The notes under the pieces are model-generated. The model was not told the origin of the DNA, made no database searches, and was given only the letters and a program-made list of their open reading frames with translations. Both the position numbers and the translations under genes were made by a program. Positions 62,918 through 64,000 of a DNA stretch of 64,000 nt are shown here, piece by piece. Positions within the stretch are counted from its first letter, which is position 1; each line of letters starts with the position of its first letter. The DNA comes from Eledone cirrhosa (taxonomy: Eukaryota), in the NCBI GenBank assembly GCA_964016885.1, contig OZ024740.1:36084001-36148000 (forward strand). Reading direction: 5' to 3'.

Positions 62918-63606
62918 TAAAACCTGTCTATAGAATCAATCAGATATTAAAATATATACTATTTCTTCTTCTAGTCAGCATAATTAACCATATACATAAT
63001 CAAATCCAGCAAGCTTTAAGAGTAAATTTTCTAACGGGGAAATCTCCGACAAACAATTGATCGCAGCTAGTTCGCGTTAACTCCGTTCCATTATTTATCA
63101 AACACTTCGGCAGCATGCAGAATCCGATCAAATATATCGTCAACCGCACGTAATTAGTAGTAAAATTAAACTTAGAAGAAATACGCACATACCGTAATTA
63201 TATCTCTACCATGGTTTCTTCCTTGTTTAGGACATCCAAATAATATGGACTTGCCCAGAGTCAGGTTATCATCAGGAGATAAACTCAGAAATAGACATTT
63301 AATTTCTCAGACCGACCCCGCCAAATTTAGATTCAAAAATGGCTAAGATCGCTATGTAGCTGTGTACCAGCCAGAGAGAAAGAGTGTGATTGGTCGCTTA
63401 CGGCGGGTAGGCATGCTGCTAGAAAGCGCAGCCATATATCGCCAAATTTAATCTCAACCGATAGGGAGATTATTAAATATAGAGGTTATCACATACATAA
63501 AATTAAATTAAATTAAATCAAGGATACATATATGTGTTGCAACTGTTCACTTTTAAGCTCAATGAAGAATTAATAAGTTAAAATCAATAAATCAGAGCAT
63601 TATATC
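62917..63606. other. About 690-bp non-coding insert in (TA)n, possibly related to the 539/557/615-bp units
   Basis: GCTAGAAAGCGCAGCC block and terminal GCTCAAT..ATCAGAGC; A-rich plus strand; TA-flanked. Confidence 0.4.
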
Positions 63607-63619
63607 ATAATAACCTCTC

Positions 63620-64000
<381 letters not shown>

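Overview
This is eukaryotic, very AT-rich animal DNA and almost entirely repetitive. The SINE/LINE repertoire and (TA)n load suggest a mollusc, probably an octopus; that is an inference. The only host gene is an ABCB1/P-glycoprotein-like ABC transporter, present as its last two exons on the minus strand (34950-35096 and 30836-31030). Its upstream exons are not recognisable here. Mobile content: three families of Penelope-like elements (PLEs; RT and/or GIY-YIG, with direct or inverted pseudo-LTRs), more than 12 minimal hammerhead ribozyme motifs (many in tiny fold-back PLE termini inside (TA)n), a 5'-truncated RTE LINE and its partner tRNA-CORE SINE, about 10 Meta/MESC-type SINEs, CRE/CR1/Vingi-like LINE fragments, a non-autonomous tRNA-Trp-primed LTR element and TTAA (piggyBac-type) MITEs. 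Tandem content: several minisatellites, an 8.4 kb (GA)n satellite with higher-order structure and a 7 x 615 bp near-perfect array, plus a 200-N gap. The best candidate for something undescribed is a group of 540-690 bp non-coding units with PLE-like tandem or inverted architecture that have no canonical hammerhead but share a terminal GCTC..GAGC hairpin. Most ORFs in the supplied track are microsatellite artefacts.
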